From the NCBI GenBank assembly GCA_965217185.1, contig OZ244252.1:1632001-1696000 (forward strand): DNA of 64,000 bases, given 5' to 3'. Position numbers and translations under genes: made by a program. Under the pieces are notes generated by a model that had not been told where the DNA came from, ran no database searches, and was given only the letters and a program-made list of their open reading frames with translations. Positions 39,774 through 49,487 of this stretch are shown one piece after another. Position 1 is the stretch's first letter. The number at the start of each line of letters is the position of its first letter. The DNA is from an uncultured Candidatus Entotheonella sp. GTDB taxonomy: Bacteria; Tectomicrobia; Entotheonellia; Entotheonellales; Entotheonellaceae.

Positions 39774-39976
39774 GATCTCCTCGTGGCTCTCGCCTGTGAT
39801 TGGGTTGCGCGGGACGGTGAAAGGTCAGATTATACGTCGAAGCACGGCCATGATCTAACGCGCTTCGCATCCACGCTGCCCGGACAGTATGTTATCATAA
39901 CGCTCTCCGGCGGAGGTTTTTCTCTTCCCTCTCCATACCCTGGGAGACATAGAAAGAAAGGAAAAAGGAGGCCCGC

Positions 39977-40882
39977 ATGCAGGTTGAAGATATTTTGGCC
40001 CACCCACCCAAGGTGCTGACGCAGGAGCAACGAGAATTCTATTTCCAGAACGGTTATCTGGTCGTCGAAAACTTTCTCTCCGAGGCATGGCTGGATCGCC
40101 TGTGGCAAGTCACCAACGACTTCATCGAACAAAGCCGCTCGCGCACCGAGTCGGACAGCGTCTTCGATCTCGAACACGGTCACAGCGGGGATAATCCTCG
40201 CCTTCGCCGCCTGTCCTTCCCCACCGAACAGCACCCCCTTTACCGGGATTTCGCGGCCAATGGACCCATCGTTGACGCAGCCGAAGACCTCGTCGGACCC
40301 GACGTAAAATTCCATCACTCCAAGCTCAATTTCAAATGGGCCGACGGCGGCGAGGAAGTGAGATGGCATCAAGACATCCAGTTCTGGCCGCACACCAACT
40401 ACTCGCCGCTCACCATCGGCGTGTACATGGACGACGTGGACGACGAAATGGGTCCCATGGGCGTCATCCCCGGCAGTCACAACGGAGAACTCTTCGACCT
40501 CTATGGCGACGACGGACAATGGACCGGCGCTATCAAGGACCGCGACCTGCCGCGCGTCGATCTGGACAAAACCGTGTATTTGCAAGGCCCGCGCGGCTCG
40601 ATCACCATCCACAACTGCCGCACCATCCACGGCTCCATGCCGAACCTCTCGCACCGCTCGCGTCCCCTCCTCCTTCACACGTATGCCTCGGCGGACGCTC
40701 TGCACATCACCAACCTCACCGACCGGTTCCAGTTTTCCAACGTCATCGTGCGCGGCCAGCCCGCCAGATGGATCCATTTCGACCCGCGACCCTGTTTGAT
40801 ACCGCCGGATTGGTCGAAGGGTTACTCGTCCATCTTCGCACTGCAACAGGAAGAGGAAGCGGCCGGCCAGCCCAGCATGTAG
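39977..40882 (+). CDS. Phytanoyl-CoA dioxygenase (PhyH) family Fe/2OG dioxygenase
   Basis: WHQD, IPGSH, HGS.PN.S..SR. Confidence 0.92.
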   Translation: MQVEDILAHPPKVLTQEQREFYFQNGYLVVENFLSEAWLDRLWQVTNDFIEQSRSRTESDSVFDLEHGHSGDNPRLRRLSFPTEQHPLYRDFAANGPIVDAAEDLVGPDVKFHHSKLNFKWADGGEEVRWHQDIQFWPHTNYSPLTIGVYMDDVDDEMGPMGVIPGSHNGELFDLYGDDGQWTGAIKDRDLPRVDLDKTVYLQGPRGSITIHNCRTIHGSMPNLSHRSRPLLLHTYASADALHITNLTDRFQFSNVIVRGQPARWIHFDPRPCLIPPDWSKGYSSIFALQQEEEAAGQPSM

Positions 40883-40932
40883 CTGGGTACCAACTCGCAA
40901 CTTCACCCATCATCGACGTAAGGGGCACGGGC

Positions 40933-41976
40933 ATGACGAAACGCATCGCATTCATGGGCGCAGGGGCCGTGGGCGGCTACGTCGGCGGGCACATGGCACG
41001 GGCCGGCCTGGACGTCACCCTCATCGATCCCTGGCCGGATCACATCGAAGCCATCAAGCGCGACGGCCTTCACCTGAGCGGCACGCAGGGCGACCACACC
41101 GTGCACCCCAAGGCGCTGCATTTGCACGAGGTGCAGAGCCTGTTCAAGGATCCGGTGGACATCGCCTTCATTTGCACGAAATCGTATGACACCGAATGGG
41201 CCACCACGATGATCGCTCAATACCTGAAGCCGCACGGCGTCGTGGTATCGCTGCAAAACAGCATCAACGAAGAGCGCATCGCCGGGATTGTCGGCTGGGG
41301 CAAGGTGGTTGGCTGCATCGCCAGCACGATTGGCGTCGACGCCTTCAAGGCCGGGCACGTGATGCGCACCCTGCAGCCCGGCGGCGCCTCGTACACCGTG
41401 TTTCGCGTCGGCGAGCCGCACGGCCGAGTTACGCCGCGCGTGCAGGAATTGGCGGACATGCTCAGCAACGTGGACAGCGCCAAAGTCACCACTAACCTGT
41501 GGGGCGAACGGTGGTCCAAGCTGACCATCAACGGCATGGGCAACGGCATTTCAGCGGCCACCGGCATGAACAGCCTGGCGATGACCGAACAGGAGGTGAC
41601 CCGCCGCCTGTCGATCCGCCTGGCAGGTGAGGCCGTGCGCGTCGGTCAGGCGCTGGGCTACGAATTGGAAAGCATCCGCGGCTTGCCGCCCGAAAAATGG
41701 GTGGACGCGGGCGCGGGCAACCCTGCAGCCCTGGAAGAAATCGAAGGCGCCATGCTGGCCGGTATGAAACGCATGACCGAATCGGGGCGGCCGTCCACCG
41801 GGCAGGACATCGTCAAGGGCCGGCGCACCGAGATCGCCTTCATCAACGGATTGGTGGCCGCCAAGGGCGAGGAAATCGGTATCCCGGCGCCTGCACACGC
41901 GGCCCTGACGGAGGTGGTAAAGGGCGTCGAGCGCGGTGATATGGCGCCCGATCCGGCCAACGTTGCGACAATCTGA
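40933..41976 (+). CDS. 2-dehydropantoate 2-reductase (ApbA/PanE) family
   Basis: GAGAVGG, TKSYD, LQN, WSKL..N, ST.QDI.KGRRTEI.FING. Confidence 0.88.
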   Translation: MTKRIAFMGAGAVGGYVGGHMARAGLDVTLIDPWPDHIEAIKRDGLHLSGTQGDHTVHPKALHLHEVQSLFKDPVDIAFICTKSYDTEWATTMIAQYLKPHGVVVSLQNSINEERIAGIVGWGKVVGCIASTIGVDAFKAGHVMRTLQPGGASYTVFRVGEPHGRVTPRVQELADMLSNVDSAKVTTNLWGERWSKLTINGMGNGISAATGMNSLAMTEQEVTRRLSIRLAGEAVRVGQALGYELESIRGLPPEKWVDAGAGNPAALEEIEGAMLAGMKRMTESGRPSTGQDIVKGRRTEIAFINGLVAAKGEEIGIPAPAHAALTEVVKGVERGDMAPDPANVATI

Positions 41977-41999
41977 CCGCTCGCAGTGCGGTCTAAGGA

Positions 42000-43421
42000 G
42001 TGAGCACCATGTTGGATTATCTCATTCGCGGCGGCCAAGTGGTGACCCCCGGCGGCGTGGGGCAATGGGACATCGGCATTCGCGGCGAGAAAATCGTCGC
42101 GCTCGCCGAAGCCGGTAGCCTGACCGACGAGATCGGACGGATCATCGACGCCAGCGGCAAAGTCGTCGTGCCCGGCGGCATCGAACCGCACGCCCACGTG
42201 GCGGCGCCGATCATGGGGCATCCCGACGCGGAAACCGCCCCGCCGCCGGACGTCAGCCGCGCCGCGGTGTTTGGCGGCACCACGACTCTCGTCGACTTCG
42301 CCATCCAGTTTCCCGGGCGCGACATCTTCGCCGCCATCGACGAACGGAACGGCCGCTGGCAGGGGCAGTCGTACAGCGATTTCACCTATCACTGCATGCT
42401 GCTCGACGCCATCCCTTCCGACGTCATCCTGCAAATCCCGCAGGCCATCGAGGCCGGCTTCCCCACCTTCAAGATATTCACCACCAACATCCGCCCGAAC
42501 GTTCACGACCGCATGGCCCGCCTCGGTCACGTCGTGGCCGTCATGGAAGAAGTGGCGGCGCACAACGGCCTCCTGGTGGTGCACGCGGAGGACGACGACA
42601 TCGTCCAGTTTCTCTACACCCGCCTCAAAGACCAGGGCACTTACGACTGGACGCACATGCACCGCGCCCACACCAACATGTCTGAGGACATCTCCTTCCG
42701 CCGTATCATCCGGGCGGCCGAGTGGACCGGTGCGGCGGTGTATTTTGTGCACGTGAGCGCCAAGGAGGGCGTGCAGGCGATCCGGGAGGCGCGCGCCAAG
42801 GGGCTGCCGGTCTACGGCGAAACCCTGCACAACTACGTGTCGTTCACCGCCGATGACTACCAGAAGACGCACGGCATGCAGTACCACACGTACCCGTCGC
42901 TCAAGTCCGAGGAGGACCGCCAGGCGCTGTGGCACGGCCTGCTGAACGGCGACCTGCACACCATGGCCACCGACGAGTATTGCACCACCTTCGAGCTGAA
43001 AATCGCCGGCGAGCAGATCGACAACGTGACCGGCGGCCACAACGGCGTCGAAACGCGCATGGGCATTACCTACACGGAAGGCGTCGTCAACCGCGGCATG
43101 CCGCTGCAGCAGTACGTCGACATCACCTCGGCAAACGCCGCTCGCCTGCTCGGCCTATACCCGCGCAAGGGCGCCATCGCCCCCGGCAGCGACGCCGACA
43201 TCGTGCTTATTGACCCGACGCTGCACAAAACGCTGAGCATGGCAGACCTGCATATCAGCGACTATAGTATTTGGGAAGGCTGGGAAATCCGCGGCTGGCC
43301 GGTGTGGACCATGCTGCGCGGCCAGGTGATGGTCGAGGATGGCCAGTTGCGCGCCGACCTGGGAACCGGCCAGTTGATCCCACGCCGCATCGACCCGACA
43401 GTGCTGACCCGGCCCATGTAG
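42000..43421 (+). CDS. Dihydropyrimidinase/allantoinase-like cyclic amidohydrolase
   Basis: VVPGGIEPHAH, GGTTT, VHAED, VHVS, KGAIAPGSDADIV. Confidence 0.85.
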   Translation: MSTMLDYLIRGGQVVTPGGVGQWDIGIRGEKIVALAEAGSLTDEIGRIIDASGKVVVPGGIEPHAHVAAPIMGHPDAETAPPPDVSRAAVFGGTTTLVDFAIQFPGRDIFAAIDERNGRWQGQSYSDFTYHCMLLDAIPSDVILQIPQAIEAGFPTFKIFTTNIRPNVHDRMARLGHVVAVMEEVAAHNGLLVVHAEDDDIVQFLYTRLKDQGTYDWTHMHRAHTNMSEDISFRRIIRAAEWTGAAVYFVHVSAKEGVQAIREARAKGLPVYGETLHNYVSFTADDYQKTHGMQYHTYPSLKSEEDRQALWHGLLNGDLHTMATDEYCTTFELKIAGEQIDNVTGGHNGVETRMGITYTEGVVNRGMPLQQYVDITSANAARLLGLYPRKGAIAPGSDADIVLIDPTLHKTLSMADLHISDYSIWEGWEIRGWPVWTMLRGQVMVEDGQLRADLGTGQLIPRRIDPTVLTRPM

Positions 43422-43447
43422 GTCGGATTAGCACAGCGTAATCCGAC
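43418..43447 (+). repeat. GTAG-type REP overlapping the stop codon of the upstream gene
   Basis: GTAGGTCGGATTAGCACAGCGTAATCCGAC; same family as 12468-12499. Confidence 0.75.
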
Positions 43448-43502
43448 TTCTGGTCTCTGTTTCGGTCACCCCGGATACAGCATTGCCAAACGGAACAAAG
43501 AA

Positions 43503-46196
43503 ATGAACAACAACCTGGAATTCGCAGTACGCAACGAAGACATCGAAGCACTCGAAACGCAGGAGTGGCTGGAATCGCTCGATGACGTGCTGAAAAGCGG
43601 TGGTCCGGCGCGCGTCAAAAGCCTTCTGCAGCAGCTTCAGATGCACGCCCAACAAGCCGGCGTCTCGCTTCCCTATTCGGCCACGACGCCGTTCCTCAAT
43701 ACCGTGTCGGTGGAAGACCAAGCGCCATTTCCGGGCAGCCGCGAGATCGAGCGGCGTATCAAAAGTCTGGTGCGCTGGAACGCCATGGCCATGGTGGTGC
43801 GCGCCAATCGCCTCGATCCCGACATCGGCGGCCACATTTCGACCTTCGCCTCGGCGGCGACGCTGTACGAAGTCGCCTTCAACCACTTCATCCGCGGTAA
43901 CGGCGGCGGCCAGCGCGGCGATCAGGTGTATTTCCAGGGGCACGCCTCGCCGGGCATCTACGCGCGCGCCTTTCTGGAAGGGCGGCTGTCGCAGGAACAA
44001 CTCGAAAACTTCCGCAACGAACTCAAACCCGGGGGCGGCTTGGCCTCGTACCCCCACCCGTGGCTGATGCCGGATTTCTGGGAGTTCCCCACCGTTTCCA
44101 TGGGGCTCGGCCCTATCATGGGAATTTACCAGGCGCGCTTCAACTGCTACCTGGAAGACCGGGGCCTGCTGCAGCCCGACCCGCGTGCCAAGGTGTGGGT
44201 CTTCCTGGGCGACGGCGAGACCGACGAGCCCGAAGCCCTCGGCTCGATCAGCCTGGCCTACCGCGCGAAGCTCAACAACCTGATTTTCGTCGTCAATTGC
44301 AACCTTCAGCGTCTCGACGGACCGGTGCGCGGCAATGGCAAGATCATCCAGGAACTCGAAGCGGTGTTCCGCGGCGCCGGCTGGACGGTCATTAAGGTCG
44401 TCTGGGGCAGCGGTTGGGACCCCGTATTCGCCCGCGATTACGATGGCCGGCTGGCCAAACGCCTGGGCGAGATCGTCGACGGGGAGTACCAGAAATTCTC
44501 GGTGTCCGACGGCGCCTACATCCGCGAGCACATCTGCAACGGCGACCCCCACCTGCTGGACCTACTCAGCCATCTTTCCGACGAGCAACTGCGTCGCATG
44601 CGGCGCGGTGGGCACGATCCCGAGAAGGTGTACGCGGCATACAAGGTGGCAATGGAAAACGACGAAGCGCCGACCGTCATTCTGGCGCAGACCATCAAGG
44701 GCTACGGACTCGGCGAAGGCGGTGAGGGGCGTAATATCACCCACAAGCAAAAGCTGCTCAACGAGGACGAATTGCGCGAGTTTCGTGCCCGCTTCGGCAT
44801 TCCCATCTCCGACGACACGCTGGCCGGAGCGCCGTTCTATCGCCCGCCGGTGGAAAGCCCGGAAATTCAGTATCTGCACGAGCATCGCCAGCAGCTCGGC
44901 GGCTACGTGCCGAGCCGTCAGGAGTCCGCCCCGCGCCTGCGCACGCCCCCCGAATCGCTGTTCGAGGAGCTCTACCACGGCACCGGCAACCGGGCGATTT
45001 CGACCACCATGGCATTTGTACGCCTGCTGTCCAAACTGCTGCGCGAGCGCGATATCGGCAAGCTGATCGTGCCCATCGTGCCGGATGAAGCGCGCACCTT
45101 CGGCATGGAATCCCTGTTCCGGCAGTGCGGCATCTACTCGCACATCGGCCAACGCTACGAACCTGTCGACGCCGATAGCCTGCTCTACTACAAGGAGTCC
45201 ACCGACGGCCAACTGCTCGAGGAGGGCATTACCGAAGCCGGCTCCATGGCTTCGTTCATCGCCGCCGGCACGGCCTACGCCACCCACGGCATCAACACGA
45301 TTCCGTTCTTCATCTATTACTCCATGTTCGGCTTCCAGCGCATCGGCGACCTCATTTGGGCGGCGGCCGACATGCGCTGCCGCGGCTTTCTGCTCGGCGC
45401 CACGGCGGGCCGCACCACCCTTGCAGGCGAGGGCTTGCAGCACCAGGACGGCCACAGCCACCTGCTGGCCTATCCCATCCCGAACCTGCTGGCCTATGAC
45501 CCGGCGTTCGCCTACGAGGTCGCGGTCATCATCCGCGACGGCATCCGCCGCATGTACGAGGAACAGGAGAACGTCTTCTATTACCTGACCGTAGAGAACC
45601 AGAATTACCCGATGCCGCCGATGCCCGACGACCCGGCCATCAAGGAGGGCATCCTCAAGGGCATGTACCGCTTCAAAACGGCGGAAAACCCGACGGCCCC
45701 GCTCAAGGCCCAACTCATGGGTAGCGGCGCCATCATGAACGAAGTGCTGGAGGCCCAGCAGTTGCTCGCCGAACGCTATCACGTCGCCGCCGACGTGTGG
45801 AGCGTGACCAGTTACAAGGCGCTGCGCCGGGAGGGGTTGGAGGTCGTCCGCTGGAACATGCTGCATCCGGACGAAACCCCTCGCCAGTCCCATCTCAGCA
45901 AGTGCGTCGCTGACGCGCCGGGGGTGTTCGTAGCCGCTTCGGATTACACCAAAACGCTGCCCGACTCGGTGGCGCGTTGGTTCCCCAGACCCCTCACTGC
46001 CCTGGGAACCGACGGTTTCGGACGCAGTGACGGCCGCAAGGCGCTGCGCCATTTCTTCGAGGTCGACGCGCGCTTCATCGCTTACGCCACCCTGCACGCC
46101 CTGGCGCTCGACGGGCAGCTATCCGTTGAGGCATTGCAGCAAGCCCAGCAGGACCTCGAGATTGACGCCGAGAAGATCAACCCAATGATGGCCTGA
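43503..46196 (+). CDS. aceE: Pyruvate dehydrogenase E1 component (homodimeric type)
   Basis: ETQEWLESL, GGHIST, FPTVSMGLGP, GDGETDEPE, NCNLQRLDGPV, GEGLQHQDGHS. Confidence 0.97.
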   Translation: MNNNLEFAVRNEDIEALETQEWLESLDDVLKSGGPARVKSLLQQLQMHAQQAGVSLPYSATTPFLNTVSVEDQAPFPGSREIERRIKSLVRWNAMAMVVRANRLDPDIGGHISTFASAATLYEVAFNHFIRGNGGGQRGDQVYFQGHASPGIYARAFLEGRLSQEQLENFRNELKPGGGLASYPHPWLMPDFWEFPTVSMGLGPIMGIYQARFNCYLEDRGLLQPDPRAKVWVFLGDGETDEPEALGSISLAYRAKLNNLIFVVNCNLQRLDGPVRGNGKIIQELEAVFRGAGWTVIKVVWGSGWDPVFARDYDGRLAKRLGEIVDGEYQKFSVSDGAYIREHICNGDPHLLDLLSHLSDEQLRRMRRGGHDPEKVYAAYKVAMENDEAPTVILAQTIKGYGLGEGGEGRNITHKQKLLNEDELREFRARFGIPISDDTLAGAPFYRPPVESPEIQYLHEHRQQLGGYVPSRQESAPRLRTPPESLFEELYHGTGNRAISTTMAFVRLLSKLLRERDIGKLIVPIVPDEARTFGMESLFRQCGIYSHIGQRYEPVDADSLLYYKESTDGQLLEEGITEAGSMASFIAAGTAYATHGINTIPFFIYYSMFGFQRIGDLIWAAADMRCRGFLLGATAGRTTLAGEGLQHQDGHSHLLAYPIPNLLAYDPAFAYEVAVIIRDGIRRMYEEQENVFYYLTVENQNYPMPPMPDDPAIKEGILKGMYRFKTAENPTAPLKAQLMGSGAIMNEVLEAQQLLAERYHVAADVWSVTSYKALRREGLEVVRWNMLHPDETPRQSHLSKCVADAPGVFVAASDYTKTLPDSVARWFPRPLTALGTDGFGRSDGRKALRHFFEVDARFIAYATLHALALDGQLSVEALQQAQQDLEIDAEKINPMMA

Positions 46197-46260
46197 GCCC
46201 CACCCATCGAACCGTACGCACCGGTAAAACCTGGCCGCAAGGTATTGGAGACAGAACGGT

Positions 46261-47550
46261 ATGGCAACGTTTGCGTTTGCGCTTCCTGAACTCGGCGAGA
46301 GCATCGAGTCGGGGGACGTCGTCCAGGTATTGGTCGCGGTGGGTGACGAGATCACCGCCGAACAGTCGGTGCTGGAACTCGAGACCGACAAGGCAGTGGT
46401 TGAGGTGCCGTCGCCTGTCAGCGGCTCGGTTACGGCGATTCACGTGGCGCCAGGAGACAAAGCGGCGGTCGGGCAGCTGATTGTGACGCTGGAAACGGAT
46501 GGCGCCGCGGCGGCAAATGGTGCTCCCGCTCCAGCCGAACCGCCGGCAGAGGCAGAACCGGAGCCCCCTGCGCCCCCCGTAGCAGCCGAGACGGCCGTTG
46601 CCGCGCCCGCAAGCCCGCCAGCGCCCGAGGCGCGGGAAGCCCGTTCCGGTGCACCGGCAGCACCTTCGGTACGGCGGTTAGCGCGAGAAATCGGCGTTGA
46701 TATCCATAAGGTCCCCGGCTCGGGACCGGGCGGGCGCGTGTCTGCCGATGACGTCAAACGTTACGCTCGAACAACACAACCCGATAAACCCACCGCCGCA
46801 CCGGCCAACGTGCCGGCTGCCGTGACCCTGCCAGACTTCACTCGTTGGGGGGACATCGAGCGACGGCCAATGAACAACGTGCGCCGCCTGACCGCCGACC
46901 AAATGGCGCGCACGTGGGCCACCGTGCCGCAGGTGACGCAATACGATCAGGCTGATATCACCGAGCTTGAGCAGTTGCGGCAGAAATACGCCCCCAAAGC
47001 CGTTGCGGCAGGCGGCAGGCTCACCATCACGGCCATTGTCCTGAAAGTGGTTGCCGCCGCTCTCAAACGGTTTCCGCAGTTCAACGCCAGCGTCGACATG
47101 GCGACCCATGAAGTCATCTACAAACATTACTACCACGTCGGCGTGGCGGTGGACACCGACCGCGGCCTGTTGGTCCCGGTCATCCGCGACGTGGATCACA
47201 AGAACATCCTCACCCTCGGCGTCGAGCTGACACAACTCGCTGAGCGCGCCCGCAGCCGCAAAACCAGCCTGGAGGAAATGCAGGGCGGCACCTTTACCAT
47301 CACCAACCTGGGCGGCATCGGCGGCACGGGCTTCTCGCCCATCCTCAACGCCCCGGAAGTCGCCATTCTCGGCATGGCACGCAGCCGCATCCAGCCCGTG
47401 CACGCAGACGGCCAATTCGTGCCGCGCCTGATGCTGCCGCTTAGCCTGTCGTATGACCACCGACTGATCGACGGCGCCGACGGCGCCCGTTTCCTCCGCT
47501 GGGTGGTGGAAGCCTTGTCGCAACCCTTCCTGCTCAGCCTGGAAGGTTAA
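46261..47550 (+). CDS. aceF: Dihydrolipoamide acetyltransferase E2 (one lipoyl domain)
   Basis: ETDKA lipoyl site; APSVRRLARE; SYDHRLIDG. Confidence 0.95.
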   Translation: MATFAFALPELGESIESGDVVQVLVAVGDEITAEQSVLELETDKAVVEVPSPVSGSVTAIHVAPGDKAAVGQLIVTLETDGAAAANGAPAPAEPPAEAEPEPPAPPVAAETAVAAPASPPAPEAREARSGAPAAPSVRRLAREIGVDIHKVPGSGPGGRVSADDVKRYARTTQPDKPTAAPANVPAAVTLPDFTRWGDIERRPMNNVRRLTADQMARTWATVPQVTQYDQADITELEQLRQKYAPKAVAAGGRLTITAIVLKVVAAALKRFPQFNASVDMATHEVIYKHYYHVGVAVDTDRGLLVPVIRDVDHKNILTLGVELTQLAERARSRKTSLEEMQGGTFTITNLGGIGGTGFSPILNAPEVAILGMARSRIQPVHADGQFVPRLMLPLSLSYDHRLIDGADGARFLRWVVEALSQPFLLSLEG

Positions 47551-47553
47551 GGC

Positions 47554-48984
47554 ATGGCGATGGCTCCGCGCAGCACGCAAGTCGCGGTCATCGGCGGTGG
47601 TCCCGGCGGTTATGCCGCGGCCTTTCTAGCCGCCGATCTCGGCCTGCAGGTCACGCTCGTCGACGCCGAACCCAATCCCGGCGGCGTCTGCCTCTACCGC
47701 GGCTGCATCCCCTCCAAAGCCTTGCTGCACGTCGCCAAGGTGATCGGCGAGGCACGCCAGGCCAGGGAGTGGGGCGTGACGTTCGGCGACCCGCAAATCA
47801 ACGTCGACGCCCTGCGGACCTGGAAAGAGGGTGTCGTCGGCAAACTCACCGGCGGCCTCGGCGACCTGTGCCGAAGGCGCAAAATTGACTTCGTGCAGGG
47901 CCGCGCCGTCTTCCGCGATGCGAACGCTTTGATTGTTCGCACGGAATCGGGAACCGAGGAGGTGGTCGCGTTTGAGCACGCCATTCTGGCCACCGGCTCC
48001 TTTCCCGCATCTCTCCCAAATCTTGGCGCCGATTCGCCCCGGATCCTTGATTCCACCGCCGGGCTTGCTCTGCCTGACATCCCGGAGAGCCTGCTGGTCA
48101 TCGGCGGGGGTTACATCGGCCTGGAATTGGGTTCGGTGTACGCCGCCCTCGGTAGCCGGGTCTCCGTGGTCGAAATGACCTCGGGCCTGCTCCCCGGTGT
48201 CGACCGCGACCTCGTGCGCGTGCTCAGCCGGCGCCTGAAAGAACGATTCGACGCCGTCATGCTTGAGACAACCGTCACCGCGTTACAGGAAGAATCGCAG
48301 GGTATCCGCGCCAGATTCGAAGGCCACGGTGCCACGGAACCGGAACAAGTTTATGAAAGGGTTCTGGTTGCGGTGGGACGCCGCCCGCAGACCGATGGCC
48401 TGGGACTGGAGAACACCCGTGTTGCCCTGGACGCGCGCGGTTTTGTGCAGGTCGACCCGCAGCGCCGCACCCACGAGCCCACGATCTATGCCATTGGCGA
48501 CATTACCGGCGAGCCCATGCTGGCCCACAAGGCGGCTCACGAGGGCCGCGTCGCTGCCGAAGCCATCACCGGCAAGAAGACGGCGTTCGAGCCGCAAGCC
48601 ATTCCTGCCGTCGTGTTCACCGATCCCGAAATCGCCTGGTGCGGACTCACCGAATCACAGGCCAAACAACAACAGCGTGACGTCACCGTCGCCCGATTTC
48701 CTTGGGCCGCCTCGGGCCGCGCCCTGACCCTGGGTCACAGCGACGGCGTCACCAAACTGGTCATCGACCCCGAAACCCAACGCGTCCTCGGTGTCGGCAT
48801 CGCCGGCAGCGGCGCGGGAGAAATGATCGCCGAAGGCGTGCTGGCGGTGGAAATGGCGGCCTTGGCGTCCGACTTGTCGCTCAGTATTCATCCCCACCCT
48901 ACCCTCTCGGAATCCCTCATGGAAGCGGCTGACGTCTTCTTCGGTCAGAGCACCCACGTCTACCGCCCGCCCAGAGCCAGATAG
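47554..48984 (+). CDS. lpdA: Dihydrolipoamide dehydrogenase E3
   Basis: GGGPGGY, GGVCLYRGCIPSK, HPHPTLSE. Confidence 0.97.
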   Translation: MAMAPRSTQVAVIGGGPGGYAAAFLAADLGLQVTLVDAEPNPGGVCLYRGCIPSKALLHVAKVIGEARQAREWGVTFGDPQINVDALRTWKEGVVGKLTGGLGDLCRRRKIDFVQGRAVFRDANALIVRTESGTEEVVAFEHAILATGSFPASLPNLGADSPRILDSTAGLALPDIPESLLVIGGGYIGLELGSVYAALGSRVSVVEMTSGLLPGVDRDLVRVLSRRLKERFDAVMLETTVTALQEESQGIRARFEGHGATEPEQVYERVLVAVGRRPQTDGLGLENTRVALDARGFVQVDPQRRTHEPTIYAIGDITGEPMLAHKAAHEGRVAAEAITGKKTAFEPQAIPAVVFTDPEIAWCGLTESQAKQQQRDVTVARFPWAASGRALTLGHSDGVTKLVIDPETQRVLGVGIAGSGAGEMIAEGVLAVEMAALASDLSLSIHPHPTLSESLMEAADVFFGQSTHVYRPPRAR

Positions 48985-49010
48985 TGTCGGATTTTCATCT
49001 TCGGAGCCGC

Positions 49011-49039
49011 TTGACGCTGCCCGGCGAAATGACTAGAAT
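49011..49039 (+). promoter_or_regulatory. sigma70 promoter of the selenoprotein gene
   Basis: TTGACG -17 bp- TAGAAT. Confidence 0.65.
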
Positions 49040-49090
49040 TCCGCCTTTGCAACCCAACACGGCAACGGATTTTTGCTGAGGAGGTCCAAC

Positions 49091-49321
49091 GTGGACATCT
49101 CTATTGAATACTGCGGTGAATGAAACTATTTGCCCGATGCTGCAAGTTTGCAGAGCGCGATCAAAGACAAATTCGACCACGTAGCCACCCTGATCGAGGG
49201 CAGCGGCGGCGCCTTTGAAGTCCGGGTGGACGGTAAGCTGATTTTTTCCAAGTTCAAGACCTTCCGATTCCCCGAAAACGACGAGATTTTCGACGCCATC
49301 ACCAGCCTGCAATCCGTTTAG
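49091..49321 (+). CDS. Rdx/SelW (SelT/SelW/SelH) family selenoprotein, CxxU
   Basis: GAGGAGG RBS, GTG 49091: MDISIEYCGE-TGA(49121)-NYLPDAASLQ...GSGGAFEVRVDGKLIFSK..RFPE; SECIS-like hairpin CTGCAA-GT-TTGCAG ~16 nt after the UGA. Confidence 0.88.
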
Positions 49322-49394
49322 GCGGCGCGTCGTTTCCGGTTTTCCGTCCCCGGCACACCCCACGCCGGGGCGGTTAGAATGACGCCCATCCCAT

Positions 49395-49467
<73 letters not shown>

Positions 49468-49487
49468 CCTCCACTCGTTCCTGGAAG

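Noticed and set aside
40336..40932. 199-aa N-terminal extension of the PanE-like ORF
   Set aside because: Overlaps the PhyH gene in another frame; the Rossmann motif starts right after ATG 40933
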